DNA of 32,000 bases, from positions 3,210,001 to 3,242,000 of the forward strand of contig NC_002939.5 in NCBI RefSeq assembly GCF_000007985.2, read 5' to 3'. This DNA comes from Geobacter sulfurreducens PCA. GTDB lineage: Bacteria > Desulfobacterota > Desulfuromonadia > Geobacterales > Geobacteraceae. The stretch's first letter is position 1, and every line of letters starts with the position of its first letter. Below are positions 1-8,534 of this stretch, one piece after another. The notes beneath the pieces were generated by a model that was not told the DNA's origin, searched no databases, and saw nothing but the letters and a program-made list of their open reading frames with translations. The translations under genes were made by a program, and so were the position numbers.

Positions 1-812
1 GCACTCCCCTCATTGCTGCGGGTGAGGAAGGGCGTCAGGGATTTGTCCCCCACGCCGGTATCCTGCCGATCATAGGTGTAACCGTAAGCCACGTGGGGGT
101 CGTGGCAGGTGGAACACTCCATCCGGTCGCGGTTGGGACCGAAGAACCGCAGACCCTGGGACTTGGGGGTCTCAATGGGCCTCAGCGACGAGAGCCCCGC
201 ATCCACCTTTTCCTGGTAGGCGGCGGCATAGGAGAAGGAGATGGGGTGATCGTCCATGAGGTTGCTCCCCGCATAGGGGTCCGCATCGGTCTTCCCCAGG
301 TTAGCCCGGTACCCGCTGCCGAACATGGGAAGGTTGAGGGAGAAGTCCCCGGTCGGATGCGCGCCGAAGGGGTCGTCGTAGTCTCCCCCGATGTCGACTT
401 TCTGGTCGCTGCCCACGGCAATCCCGTAGTTGCCGGTATGGATGACGTTGATGGCGGTCCTGCCGTCATGGCAGGAGAGGCAGAGCAGGGACTCGGGTCC
501 CGGCGCAGTCACCGCTTTGGCCGTATTCGTCAAGGTTGCCGATGATGTGTACATTTTAAATGTCTGTGTCGGCATGACCTTGTTCCAGAGCGGCTTGGCC
601 GGCTCTGAATAGTGCGGCGTATGGCAGAAAATGCAGACCTGATCGACACCGAGGCTCACGAAATGGCGCTGGCCCTGGGTGAGCCCACTGCCCGCATCCG
701 TATTGTTGGACATATTGTGTGCCGTCCAGCGGATATTGTTGTTCCCCGCGTAGACAGCCGTCCAGGCCGTCATCACCATCCCTAGTATCACCGCTTGCAC
801 AACACTCTTCAT
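1..812 (-). CDS. multihaem c-type cytochrome (C-terminus cut off by window edge)
   Basis: Absent from the ORF track because it runs off the window. My minus-strand translation from ATG 812-810 gives MKSVVQAVILGMVMTAWTAVYA (signal-peptide-like), then three CxxCH motifs (CIFCH, CLSCH, CSTCH). GAGG lies about 9 nt upstream of the ATG. The gene starts 66 nt downstream of the NHL gene stop on the same strand. Confidence 0.8.
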   Translation of the reverse strand, partial: MKSVVQAVILGMVMTAWTAVYAGNNNIRWTAHNMSNNTDAGSGLTQGQRHFVSLGVDQVCIFCHTPHYSEPAKPLWNKVMPTQTFKMYTSSATLTNTAKAVTAPGPESLLCLSCHDGRTAINVIHTGNYGIAVGSDQKVDIGGDYDDPFGAHPTGDFSLNLPMFGSGYRANLGKTDADPYAGSNLMDDHPISFSYAAAYQEKVDAGLSSLRPIETPKSQGLRFFGPNRDRMECSTCHDPHVAYGYTYDRQDTGVGDKSLTPFLTRSNEGS

Positions 813-878
813 CCGTGCGACCTCGTTCCGTATATATCCATCTTCAGGCTGCGTCCCGGCACCAATCCGGCCCGCTCA

Positions 879-3575
879 CTACCAGCTTTGCAATCCGAGT
901 GCCTTTCTCAGGATCAGGAGCGCGTCCACCAGGTCAATAACCCCGTTGGGCCGGGACTTGCCCTGATAGAGAGGGCCGATGTCCCCGCTGGCCAAATGGG
1001 ATGCGGAGGGAGACAGCTGTCCGGTGAAAATCCTGAGAGCCACCAGGGCATCGGCCACCGTGATCCTGCCGTCGCCGTCGACATCGCCGTCAGGTGCCCG
1101 CACCACCAGAGACCGGACCGTGCTGTTGCCCGCGGCATCGGTGGCCTTCACCGCCAGCGAATGGGGATCGTAACTTCCCAGTGTCAGGACGGCGTGCCAG
1201 GCGCCCTCTGTGATGACGACCTCTCCGACGGTACCGCTGTGGTCCTCTACGGCCACGGTCGCGCCCCGCTCCACCGTTCCCGAGAGTTCAGCCGGATAGA
1301 CGGTGTTAACCTCATTAAGCGTAAGGACGGGAGGGGTTACGTCGTAGATAAGGGTCCGCGTCACCACACCGGCGTTGCCCGCGGCGTCCGTGGCCCGGAC
1401 GGTGACCGCGTGGGCACCTTCCTCGCCAAGATGCACCGACAGGGAGAACGACCCTTCGACCGTGCTTACCTCAACCGGCACACCGTCCACATCGGCTGTT
1501 ACAGTCACGGGACTCGTGTCGTTCGCGCTCCCCACCAGTCCCACGACCTGACGATTGACCGCCATGTCCTGGGCCGGAGAGGTGATGACGATCGCCGGAC
1601 TGCCCGCATCATAGGTGAGGGTCCGCTTCACCGCGGTCGTATTGCCGGCAAAATCCACCGCCACCACCTCGATCGTATTGAGCCCCTGAACGAGCGGCAC
1701 GTCGGCACTCCAGGCGCTGCCGTCGAACCGTGCCGGATGGCCCGCAACCGTCACGGTGGCTGCCTGGTCAACGGTACCGCTGACGGTCACATGATCGACG
1801 GCAACGAAGGCCCCGTCAGCAGGTGACGTGAAGGTCACCACCGGGAGGTCGCAATCGTAGAAGATGGTGCGCGTATTCACGGTCAGGTTGCCCGCAAGGT
1901 CGGCAGCGGCAACAGTGATAACGTTGGCCCCGGGACTGAGCGTCACCGCCGTGCTGCCGGAACCGTTCGTCATCGTGACCGGCCGGCCGTTCACGGCAAC
2001 CTCACCCGGATGCGCATCGCTCGCCTCGATCCGTACGTTCTGAACCTGTTCGCTGGTATAGCTGCCGTCGGCAAGGGCCGAGACCGTAAGGACCGGAGCG
2101 GCGGTATCGAGAATCGCGGAGAAAGCGGCCAGGGCTGCCGCGCTCAGGGGGCGCACCGCCTTGACTGTCACGCTGTTCACGCCGGGAGCGAGTGCCACCG
2201 TATGGCTCCAGGTATCGCCGAACACGGTGGCGTTGGCGGTAATGCCGGTGGCCGCGTTGGTCACAGTAACCGCGCAACCGGGTTCGACTGCCCCGGAGAT
2301 GTGCTGGGCAAAAACATTGGTCACGGCTGCGGGAACACTGTCGACCGTCAGATAGGGGGCCTGCTGCAGATAGGTGACCGATGCGGTTTTGGTGCTGGTA
2401 TTGCCGGCCGCATCCCGGGCAATGACCGTCAGGACGGTTTCGCCGGGGGCAAAGCCGGCCAGGGAAACCCTCCACGTTGTGGGCGTCGGGAAGGAAAGCG
2501 TACCCACCGTGGTCCTGCCGCCGGCCGTCACCGTTACCGACGCCCCCGCTTCCACGGTGCCGTGGAGTTCGAGCGACGGCGCGTAGAAGGGGCTCACCAG
2601 CGGATCGATGTCAAGGGCGGGGGGGATGGTGTCGGTTGTCAGACCACCGCCGTCAATGCCGTAGACAGTCAGATTACCGTAGCCGTTCACAACCAGCAGA
2701 CGGCCGTTGGCCTGATCAAAGCGAAGATCCGAGGGGACCATCAGCTTGCCGTTGGTGGTACCGTATCCCCCGATATAGGCCAGAAACACCGGCACCGCGG
2801 CCGGCTCCACCACCTGGACCTGGCCCTGGAAGGTGTCCACCACATACATCCGTTTGAGAACCGGTGTCGGATCGTTGGAATACTCGAAAGCAACCCCTTG
2901 GGGGGCGGTAAATTTCAGGGGACCGGAACCGAATGCGCCGATGCTCCTCACAAAGGTGCCGTTCGTATCGAAAAACTGGATACGCCCGTTTCTCGTGTCA
3001 ACAACCGCCAGGTGGCGGGCTCGCTTCTCGAAGGCAATGCCCGTGGGGGTGGAAAACTGGCCCGCAGCAGCACCGAACGTGCCGAACCGCCGCACGAAAC
3101 CGCCGGCCGGATTGAATACCTGTACGCAGTTGTCGAGGCTGTCAACCACGTAGATGTAGCCGGTATCATCGACGGCGATACCGTTGGCCATTTTGAACTG
3201 GCCGGCGCCGATGCCGAGCTGTCCCGTCACGGAACCGGCACCGTCGACGATGACCACGCCATTACCCTGACTGACTATCAGACTGCCGTCCGAGGCGACA
3301 GCCACGCCTTGTGCAGACTTGACCGTCCTGATGACATCCGTTAAATAACCAGAATTGTCATACTTCAGCACACCACCGGAAAGCGCATCGGTGACATAGA
3401 AGTTGCCCGCGGCATCTCCCGCAATTCTAAGTGGAGAGCGAATCCCCTCCGTAATGGGAGCGTGTGTTGCCACCCCGGGAGCGGGTATGGCAAAAGCGCT
3501 CGAAACCAGCGAAATAACAATTAACGCCAGCGAGAAGGCAGTAAACAGCGATCGTCCTGGTGACCTGTGCACCAT
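879..3575 (-). CDS. secreted NHL-repeat beta-propeller protein with about six tandem Ig-like modules and a C-terminal dockerin-like (EF-hand type) repeat pair
   Basis: ORF 879..3629. The 3629 start is TTG. The internal ATG at 3575 has GGAGG 7 nt upstream and yields MVHRSPGRSLFTAFSLALIVISLVSSAFA (signal peptide). NHL-type blades are visible (GIAVDDTGYIYVVDSLDNCVQVF, GIAFEKRARHLAVVDTRNGRIQFF). Modules of about 85 aa repeat, each ending in ..AGN......Y(D). The C-terminus reads DGDVDGDGRITVADALVALR...NGVIDLVDALLILR. Confidence 0.85.
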   Translation of the reverse strand: MVHRSPGRSLFTAFSLALIVISLVSSAFAIPAPGVATHAPITEGIRSPLRIAGDAAGNFYVTDALSGGVLKYDNSGYLTDVIRTVKSAQGVAVASDGSLIVSQGNGVVIVDGAGSVTGQLGIGAGQFKMANGIAVDDTGYIYVVDSLDNCVQVFNPAGGFVRRFGTFGAAAGQFSTPTGIAFEKRARHLAVVDTRNGRIQFFDTNGTFVRSIGAFGSGPLKFTAPQGVAFEYSNDPTPVLKRMYVVDTFQGQVQVVEPAAVPVFLAYIGGYGTTNGKLMVPSDLRFDQANGRLLVVNGYGNLTVYGIDGGGLTTDTIPPALDIDPLVSPFYAPSLELHGTVEAGASVTVTAGGRTTVGTLSFPTPTTWRVSLAGFAPGETVLTVIARDAAGNTSTKTASVTYLQQAPYLTVDSVPAAVTNVFAQHISGAVEPGCAVTVTNAATGITANATVFGDTWSHTVALAPGVNSVTVKAVRPLSAAALAAFSAILDTAAPVLTVSALADGSYTSEQVQNVRIEASDAHPGEVAVNGRPVTMTNGSGSTAVTLSPGANVITVAAADLAGNLTVNTRTIFYDCDLPVVTFTSPADGAFVAVDHVTVSGTVDQAATVTVAGHPARFDGSAWSADVPLVQGLNTIEVVAVDFAGNTTAVKRTLTYDAGSPAIVITSPAQDMAVNRQVVGLVGSANDTSPVTVTADVDGVPVEVSTVEGSFSLSVHLGEEGAHAVTVRATDAAGNAGVVTRTLIYDVTPPVLTLNEVNTVYPAELSGTVERGATVAVEDHSGTVGEVVITEGAWHAVLTLGSYDPHSLAVKATDAAGNSTVRSLVVRAPDGDVDGDGRITVADALVALRIFTGQLSPSASHLASGDIGPLYQGKSRPNGVIDLVDALLILRKALGLQSW
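1100..2625 (-). repeat. protein-level tandem repeat: about six Ig-like modules inside the NHL protein gene (approximate bounds)
   Basis: Recurring pattern, roughly P-x-(L/V)-T-(V/L)...G-x-(V/A)...V-T-V...W...(V/L)-x-L-x-x-G-x-N-x-(I/V)-x-V-x-A-x-D-x-AGN...Y-D, seen about six times between IPPALDIDPL and the dockerin-like tail. Confidence 0.55.
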
Positions 3576-3656
3576 GGCAATGCCTCCGGAGTTATTGGGA
3601 GAACCGTGCGGCTCCCCATTGCACGGCAAAATTATAGTTCTCCTACATTAAGGAAC

Positions 3657-3672
3657 AGCAATTATGGTGCCA
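3657..3672 (-). promoter_or_regulatory. sigma-54 (-24/-12) promoter for the NHL protein / cytochrome operon
   Basis: The minus strand reads TGGCAC-CATAA-TTGCT, matching the consensus TGGCAC-N5-TTGC(A/T). It is intergenic and correctly oriented, about 82 nt upstream of ATG 3575. Confidence 0.65.
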
Positions 3673-3863
3673 AAGACACTGCAAAACGGCCTATTGACAC
3701 AGTCGCCGCTCACGCGGGACAACAGCCCGTTGCCACTCCCCTTCTCATACCGCCCGCGGCCTTGACAGGATTGGCACTAGCGAAAAAAGCCCACTGGCAA
3801 ACGCCTTCAGACTGACAAATTATCGACACGGCGACACAAGAAGCGGCAGACAGGCCAATGGAA

Positions 3864-3903
3864 ACGGCCCCCTGCGCATTCCCGAAAGGGGACAGGGGGC
3901 CGT
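3864..3903 (-). terminator. hairpin terminator downstream of the response regulator gene
   Basis: 11-bp perfect stem, ACGGCCCCCTG / CAGGGGGCCGT. The 18-nt loop itself contains TCCC-GAAA-GGGA. On the minus strand it is followed by TTTCCATT. It lies 35 nt after the stop at 3938. Confidence 0.5.
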
Positions 3904-3937
3904 TATTTGACGTAGAACCACCGAGTGGTGAGGCGGG

Positions 3938-5311
3938 TTATTTAAGGAAGCCGAACTTCTTCATCCGGTAACGGAACGCATCGATTCCCAGGTTCAGCTT
4001 CTTGGCAGCCTTGGACTGGTTCCACTCACTCATCTCCAGGGACTGGCGGATCAGCTCCTTTTCAACCTCTTCAATATCGACCCCGTCAGGCGGCAGCTTG
4101 AAGGTCGCCAAGCCCGTGGTCTGGTTCGATGCCTTGGCAACGATCTCCAGGGGCAGGTGCTCCAGCAGCAGCGTATCTTCGTTGCCGAGGATGATGGCCC
4201 GCTCGATCACGTTCTTGAGCTCACGGATATTGCCGGGCCAGTGGTATTCCAGGAGCAGCTTCTCGGCCATCTTCGAGATGCCGGTCACGTGCTTGTTGAA
4301 TTCGCGGTTGAACACCTCGATGAAGTGGTTGACCAGTTGCAGGATGTCTTCCTTGCGCTCCCGGAGCGGGGGCAGGTAAATGGGAATCACCTGGAGCCGG
4401 TAGTAGAGATCGTTGCGGAAATTCTTCTCCTCAATGGCCTTCAGCAGGTCGCGGTTGGTGGCGGAGATGATCCGGACATCAACGGCAAAGGCTTTGGTGC
4501 CGCCGATCCGGCGGAAGGTCCTTTCCTCCAGGAAGCGCAGGAGCTTCGCCTGCATTCCCATCTCCATGTCGCCGATTTCGTCGAGGAAAACGGTACCCCC
4601 GTCGGCCAACTCGAAGAGCCCTTTTTTCATCACCTTGGCGTCAGTAAAGGCGCCTTTCTCATGGCCGAAAAGCTCGCTTTCCAGAAGCGTGGCAGGTACT
4701 GCCGCGCAGTTGATGGCCACAAACGGCTTTTCCGCGCGGGCAGACTGGTAATGGATCCACTTGGCCACCAGTTCCTTGCCGGTGCCGGATTCCCCCTGGA
4801 TCAGGACCGTGGAGGCATCACTCTTGGCAACCTTTTCCATCATTTCCAGGACGTTTTTCATGTGCCGGCTGGCACCGATGATGTCTGGGGGGCCGAACTT
4901 GCGCGACTGTTCGCTGCGGAGCCGCTGGACCTCCCGACGCAGATCGGAGGTTTCCAGGGCCTTGCGGATGACGATGGACATTTCGTCCAGATTGAACGGC
5001 TTGTTGATGTAATCGTAGGCGCCGAGCCTCATGGCATGAACCGCTGTTTCCAGGGCGCCGTGAGCGGTCACCATGATGACGAGGATTTCCTCATCGTATT
5101 CTTTGATCTTTTCCAGAGCCTCCAGGCCGCTTATTCCCGGCAGCTGGATATCGAGCAGCACCAAGTCGGGCTGCTCCTCGCGGACGATCCGCAGGGCATC
5201 CTCGCCGTTACCGGCGGAAACCACGTCATACCCCTGCTTCTTCAGGTTCTGCTCGAGGGACCAACGGATGAGATGTTCGTCATCCACCACCAGTATCTTT
5301 GTCTTTCTCAC
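3938..5311 (-). CDS. sigma-54-dependent two-component response regulator (NtrC family: receiver + AAA+ sigma-54 interaction + Fis-type HTH)
   Basis: GTG start with GGAG 6 nt upstream. Receiver domain KILVVDDE...DLVLLDIQLPG. Walker A GESGTGKE. Sigma-54 contact loop ESELFGHEKGAFTDA. C-terminal HTH WNQSKAAKKLNLGIDAFRYRMKKFG. Confidence 0.95.
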   Translation of the reverse strand: MRKTKILVVDDEHLIRWSLEQNLKKQGYDVVSAGNGEDALRIVREEQPDLVLLDIQLPGISGLEALEKIKEYDEEILVIMVTAHGALETAVHAMRLGAYDYINKPFNLDEMSIVIRKALETSDLRREVQRLRSEQSRKFGPPDIIGASRHMKNVLEMMEKVAKSDASTVLIQGESGTGKELVAKWIHYQSARAEKPFVAINCAAVPATLLESELFGHEKGAFTDAKVMKKGLFELADGGTVFLDEIGDMEMGMQAKLLRFLEERTFRRIGGTKAFAVDVRIISATNRDLLKAIEEKNFRNDLYYRLQVIPIYLPPLRERKEDILQLVNHFIEVFNREFNKHVTGISKMAEKLLLEYHWPGNIRELKNVIERAIILGNEDTLLLEHLPLEIVAKASNQTTGLATFKLPPDGVDIEEVEKELIRQSLEMSEWNQSKAAKKLNLGIDAFRYRMKKFGFLK

Positions 5312-5421
5312 GGCAGCTCCTTTAACGCATTGAATCGTATAATGAACCCACTATAGCATTACCGGCAGCAGATAGGGAAATCCTTTGATGCACACAGCGC
5401 TCTTCCCGCGCCGGCCATTCC

Positions 5422-6912
5422 TCATACGGCACCGTCGGCCTCCAGTTCGGTCATGGGGAGGTCGATGGAAAAAACCGTGCCCTGGTTAAGCACACTCGAG
5501 ACATGGAGGGTTCCGCCGTGCTGCGTGATGAGCTTCTGGCAAATGGCCAGGCCAAGCCCCGTCCCCTGGGCCTTGGTGGTGAAAAACGGAGTGAAGATTT
5601 TGCTGATGATCGGCTCGGGAATACCCGGCCCCGTATCGGCCACCTCCACGCGGACCCACAAACCTCCCTCGCGCTCCGCGATACGGCTGGCAACGGTGAG
5701 GGTGCCACCGGTCTCCTGCATGGCCTGGATGGCGTTCAGGATCAGGTTGAGCACCACCTGCTGCACCTGCTTGGGGTCCACGAAAACGAGGGGGAGCGGC
5801 TCCTGCAACTCCAACCGTTTCTCGATGTTCTTCCCGCCTTTGTGCTGAAGGGCAAAGAGCAGGGTCTTGCGCAAGACATCGTTCAGATCGGTGGGAGCGG
5901 GCTCCGGATGGGTCGGCTTGCCGAAGAAGAGAAGATCGTTGACCGTCTTGTCCAGACGGTTGACCTGCTCGATTACCTCGCCGATGATTTCCCGGCGGGG
6001 ATCCTCCTCCTGGAAATCCTGGCGGATGATGGTCATTGCTGCGGATATCCCGGCCAGCGGGTTCTTGATCTCATGGGCGATACCAGCGGCCATTTCTCCC
6101 ACGGACGCAAGCCGGTCGGCCCGCTCCATCTGCTGGAAGTGATACTGCTCCAGCTCTTGCTTGGCCTTGTCGAGCTTGTCGACCATGGAGTCAAAACTGG
6201 TTATGAGCCGACCGATCTCATCCCGGCCGCCGTTGACCATCCTGACCTTCAGATCGCCCTGCTCCACCCGGGCCATGCTCTCCACGATACGATTGAGCGG
6301 CTGCCTCACGAAACGCACCATGACGAGAGAAACAGCAGCCGCGCTAAAAAGGATGATGGCGCCGGTGGAGAAGAGGAAGAGACGGGTCGCCTCGTTGATG
6401 CGCCGATTGGTATCCGCCAGGGAGTAGTTGACGTTGAGCACTCCGATGACCCGCCGCTTGCGACCGTGGCAGATGTGGCACTGCTCCTCGTTGTAGATCG
6501 GCTTGATCATGCCGAAGACTTCACCGTGGCTGCCGCTGGCGAAGATCCCTTCCCGCAGATTGTTGGCAAAGAGCTGGTAGTCTCCGTCCGGCACCGTTCC
6601 GCCCATCTCAGAGGGGAGCGACGACTTGAGGACAACCCCCTGGGGATGGAATATCCGCACCCCCAGGAGCTTAGAGTGGCTCTTGCCGACCATCTCCAGC
6701 ATGCGCTGGACGTCCTGGGTATCGCCGATGCTCATGGAACGATAGATGCTCCGCTCAATGGTATTGAGGAGCAGGAGTGTATTCTCGCGGGCCGCCGCGA
6801 TCAGCTGGCGCTTCTCCCGCTTGAAGTTAAGATAGGTAAAGGTACCGATCCCCACGGAAAGCAGGCCGACCAGGATGATTATCACACGTGTTGTGAGGCT
6901 TCTGAATACCAA
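5422..6912 (-). CDS. sensor histidine kinase (2 TM, periplasmic domain with CxxCH haem-c motif, HAMP, HisKA, HATPase_c)
   Basis: TTG start. TM1 is RVIIILVGLLSVGIGTF and TM2 is LFLFSTGAIILFSAAAVSLVMV. CHICH lies between the two TMs. The H-box is AAGIAHEIKNPL. N/G boxes are LNLILNAIQA, DTGPGI and GTGLGLAIC. Confidence 0.9.
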   Translation of the reverse strand: MVFRSLTTRVIIILVGLLSVGIGTFTYLNFKREKRQLIAAARENTLLLLNTIERSIYRSMSIGDTQDVQRMLEMVGKSHSKLLGVRIFHPQGVVLKSSLPSEMGGTVPDGDYQLFANNLREGIFASGSHGEVFGMIKPIYNEEQCHICHGRKRRVIGVLNVNYSLADTNRRINEATRLFLFSTGAIILFSAAAVSLVMVRFVRQPLNRIVESMARVEQGDLKVRMVNGGRDEIGRLITSFDSMVDKLDKAKQELEQYHFQQMERADRLASVGEMAAGIAHEIKNPLAGISAAMTIIRQDFQEEDPRREIIGEVIEQVNRLDKTVNDLLFFGKPTHPEPAPTDLNDVLRKTLLFALQHKGGKNIEKRLELQEPLPLVFVDPKQVQQVVLNLILNAIQAMQETGGTLTVASRIAEREGGLWVRVEVADTGPGIPEPIISKIFTPFFTTKAQGTGLGLAICQKLITQHGGTLHVSSVLNQGTVFSIDLPMTELEADGAV

Positions 6913-6927
6913 CCTGCCCCCATGGGC

Positions 6928-6950
6928 CGGCTGTTCACGAAGAACAGCCG
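6928..6950 (-). other. intercistronic stem-loop between the pseudopilin and kinase genes
   Basis: CGGCTGTTC-ACGAA-GAACAGCCG: a 9-bp perfect stem with a 5-nt loop and no U-tract. Possibly an mRNA processing or stability element or a partial attenuator. Confidence 0.35.
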
Positions 6951-7004
6951 CCGGGTAATGTAAGTAGCGAGAAAAACATCAGCGTGGCCGGAGCCGAAGC
7001 GCGT

Positions 7005-7538
7005 CTACTGAATCAACTGCTGAGACGATGTGGTTGCCTGCGTCCGCGCCCCCTGATTCTGCTGTCCGGCCGGGGCAACGATGGTGAACACCCACTTCTT
7101 GTACTGGTCCTGGTTCTCGAAGGTGGCCAGCTCATCGGGGAAGTTCGTCTTTTTGAGCGGCTCCTGCTCACTGGTGCTCATGACGCCGACGATCCCCTTG
7201 CCCGGCTGGACGATGGTCGCGAAATCCTTGCCGGTGATCGGGTCCTTGTAGAGCCGTCGCAGATACTTCTGCCGCGCGGCGCTCTGGGGATCCTTGAGGA
7301 GATCCTTCAGGTCATTGAGCGGCCTGGGGGCTCCTCCGCCCGATCTGGTCGGAGTGTGCCACTGCTCCAGGGCGATCCGGTACTGGTTCCCCCTGAACAG
7401 GAGCTCTTCCTCCCGCTCCCGCTTCATCACCATCTGCCAGCTCTGCCCCACGATCCCCAGCATGATTCCCATGACAATCACGATCATCAGGGCGCCGACA
7501 AAGGTGAAGCCGCCGGAGGATGCAAGGATTCTCCTCAC
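7005..7538 (-). CDS. GspG-like type II secretion / type IV pseudopilin with prepilin-type N-terminus
   Basis: GTG start 9 nt after the transketolase stop. Leader VRRILASSGG followed by FTFVGALMIVIVMGIMLGIV (G|F cleavage context plus a hydrophobic helix). C-terminal region YLRRLYKDPITGKDF...GKGIVGVMSTS resembles the GspG globular domain. Confidence 0.7.
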   Translation of the reverse strand: MRRILASSGGFTFVGALMIVIVMGIMLGIVGQSWQMVMKREREEELLFRGNQYRIALEQWHTPTRSGGGAPRPLNDLKDLLKDPQSAARQKYLRRLYKDPITGKDFATIVQPGKGIVGVMSTSEQEPLKKTNFPDELATFENQDQYKKWVFTIVAPAGQQNQGARTQATTSSQQLIQ

Positions 7539-7547
7539 CCTCGTTCC

Positions 7548-8492
7548 TCAGGGCCGCTTGCGCGTGAGCACCTCGCGCCCCGCCTCGGCCAGATCGGCCG
7601 GCATGAGTCCGAAATATTTCAGCAGTTCCTCGGCTTTGCCGGACAGGCCGAAGCGGTCATTAATTCCGACCCGCTTGAGGGGCACCGGACAGTTCTCCGC
7701 AAGGAATTCGGCAGCGGCCCCACCAAGCCCGCCCACTATGGAATGCTCTTCGGCGGTAACGATGGCACCGGTTTCTTGAGCGGCGCGCTGCAGAATCTCG
7801 CCGTCCAGAGGCTTGATGGTGGCCATATGGATCACCCGCGCCGAGATACCCTCCTGAGACAGGAGTTCCGCGGCGGCCAAAGCCTGAGCGGTCATGAGGC
7901 CGGTGGTTACGAAGGTCAGGTCCGTACCGTCCGCAAGCTGGACCCCTTTACCGATCTCGAAGGGAGTATCGGTCGAGGTGACGGTGGGGACCTTGTTGCG
8001 GCCCAGGCGTACGTATACCGGGCCGCGATGGGCGGCGGCGGCACGGATCGCCCTGGCCGTTTCCGGGCCATCGGCCGGGACGATAACCGTCATGTTCGGC
8101 ACCGCCCGCATGATGGCAATATCCTCCACCGACTGGTGGGAGCCACCGTCCTCGCCAACGGTGATGCCGCCGTGGGTGGCCACCACCTTGACGTTGGCCT
8201 TGGGATAGGCCAGCGACTGGCGAACCTGCTCCCAGGCCCGTCCCACGGCAAAGATAGCGAACGTTGATACAAAGGGGATTTTACCTGCCGCGGCAAGGCC
8301 CGCGGCCGTGCCGACCATATTGGCCTCGGCGATCCCCATATTGAAGAAACGGTCCGGGAATTTCTTGGCAAAGACCGACGTCTTGGTGGAGCCGGACAGG
8401 TCGGCGTCGAGGACGACGACACTGCCGTTCTCCTCTCCAAGTTCGGCGAGGGTCTGGCCGTAGGCGTCGCGGGTGGCGATCATGGTGCTCAT
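7548..8492 (-). CDS. transketolase, C-terminal (pyrimidine-binding) subunit of a split enzyme
   Basis: 314 aa with an ATG start. Motifs typical of Tkt domains II/III: DADLSGSTKT, FFNMGIAEANMVGTAAGLA, THGGITVGEDGGSHQ. Confidence 0.9.
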   Translation of the reverse strand: MSTMIATRDAYGQTLAELGEENGSVVVLDADLSGSTKTSVFAKKFPDRFFNMGIAEANMVGTAAGLAAAGKIPFVSTFAIFAVGRAWEQVRQSLAYPKANVKVVATHGGITVGEDGGSHQSVEDIAIMRAVPNMTVIVPADGPETARAIRAAAAHRGPVYVRLGRNKVPTVTSTDTPFEIGKGVQLADGTDLTFVTTGLMTAQALAAAELLSQEGISARVIHMATIKPLDGEILQRAAQETGAIVTAEEHSIVGGLGGAAAEFLAENCPVPLKRVGINDRFGLSGKAEELLKYFGLMPADLAEAGREVLTRKRP

Positions 8493-8534
8493 ATGTCAAT
8501 GTCCTTTCTGATCAGTGATGTGGCGCGCGGCACG

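Noticed and set aside
93-545. 150-aa plus-strand ORF (and 182-469 minus strand) at the left edge.
   Set aside because: The other minus-strand frame encodes a signal peptide plus three CxxCH motifs and has an RBS at 812. The track ORFs are low-complexity shadows.
3567-3815. 82-aa plus-strand ORF in the 3630-3937 intergenic region.
   Set aside because: It has no RBS and overlaps the NHL gene start and the sigma-54 promoter. Its composition does not look like a coding sequence. The region is better explained as regulatory DNA.
5681-5710. TGGCAC...TTGC on the minus strand inside the kinase gene.
   Set aside because: The spacer is 8 nt instead of 5, and the site is intragenic.
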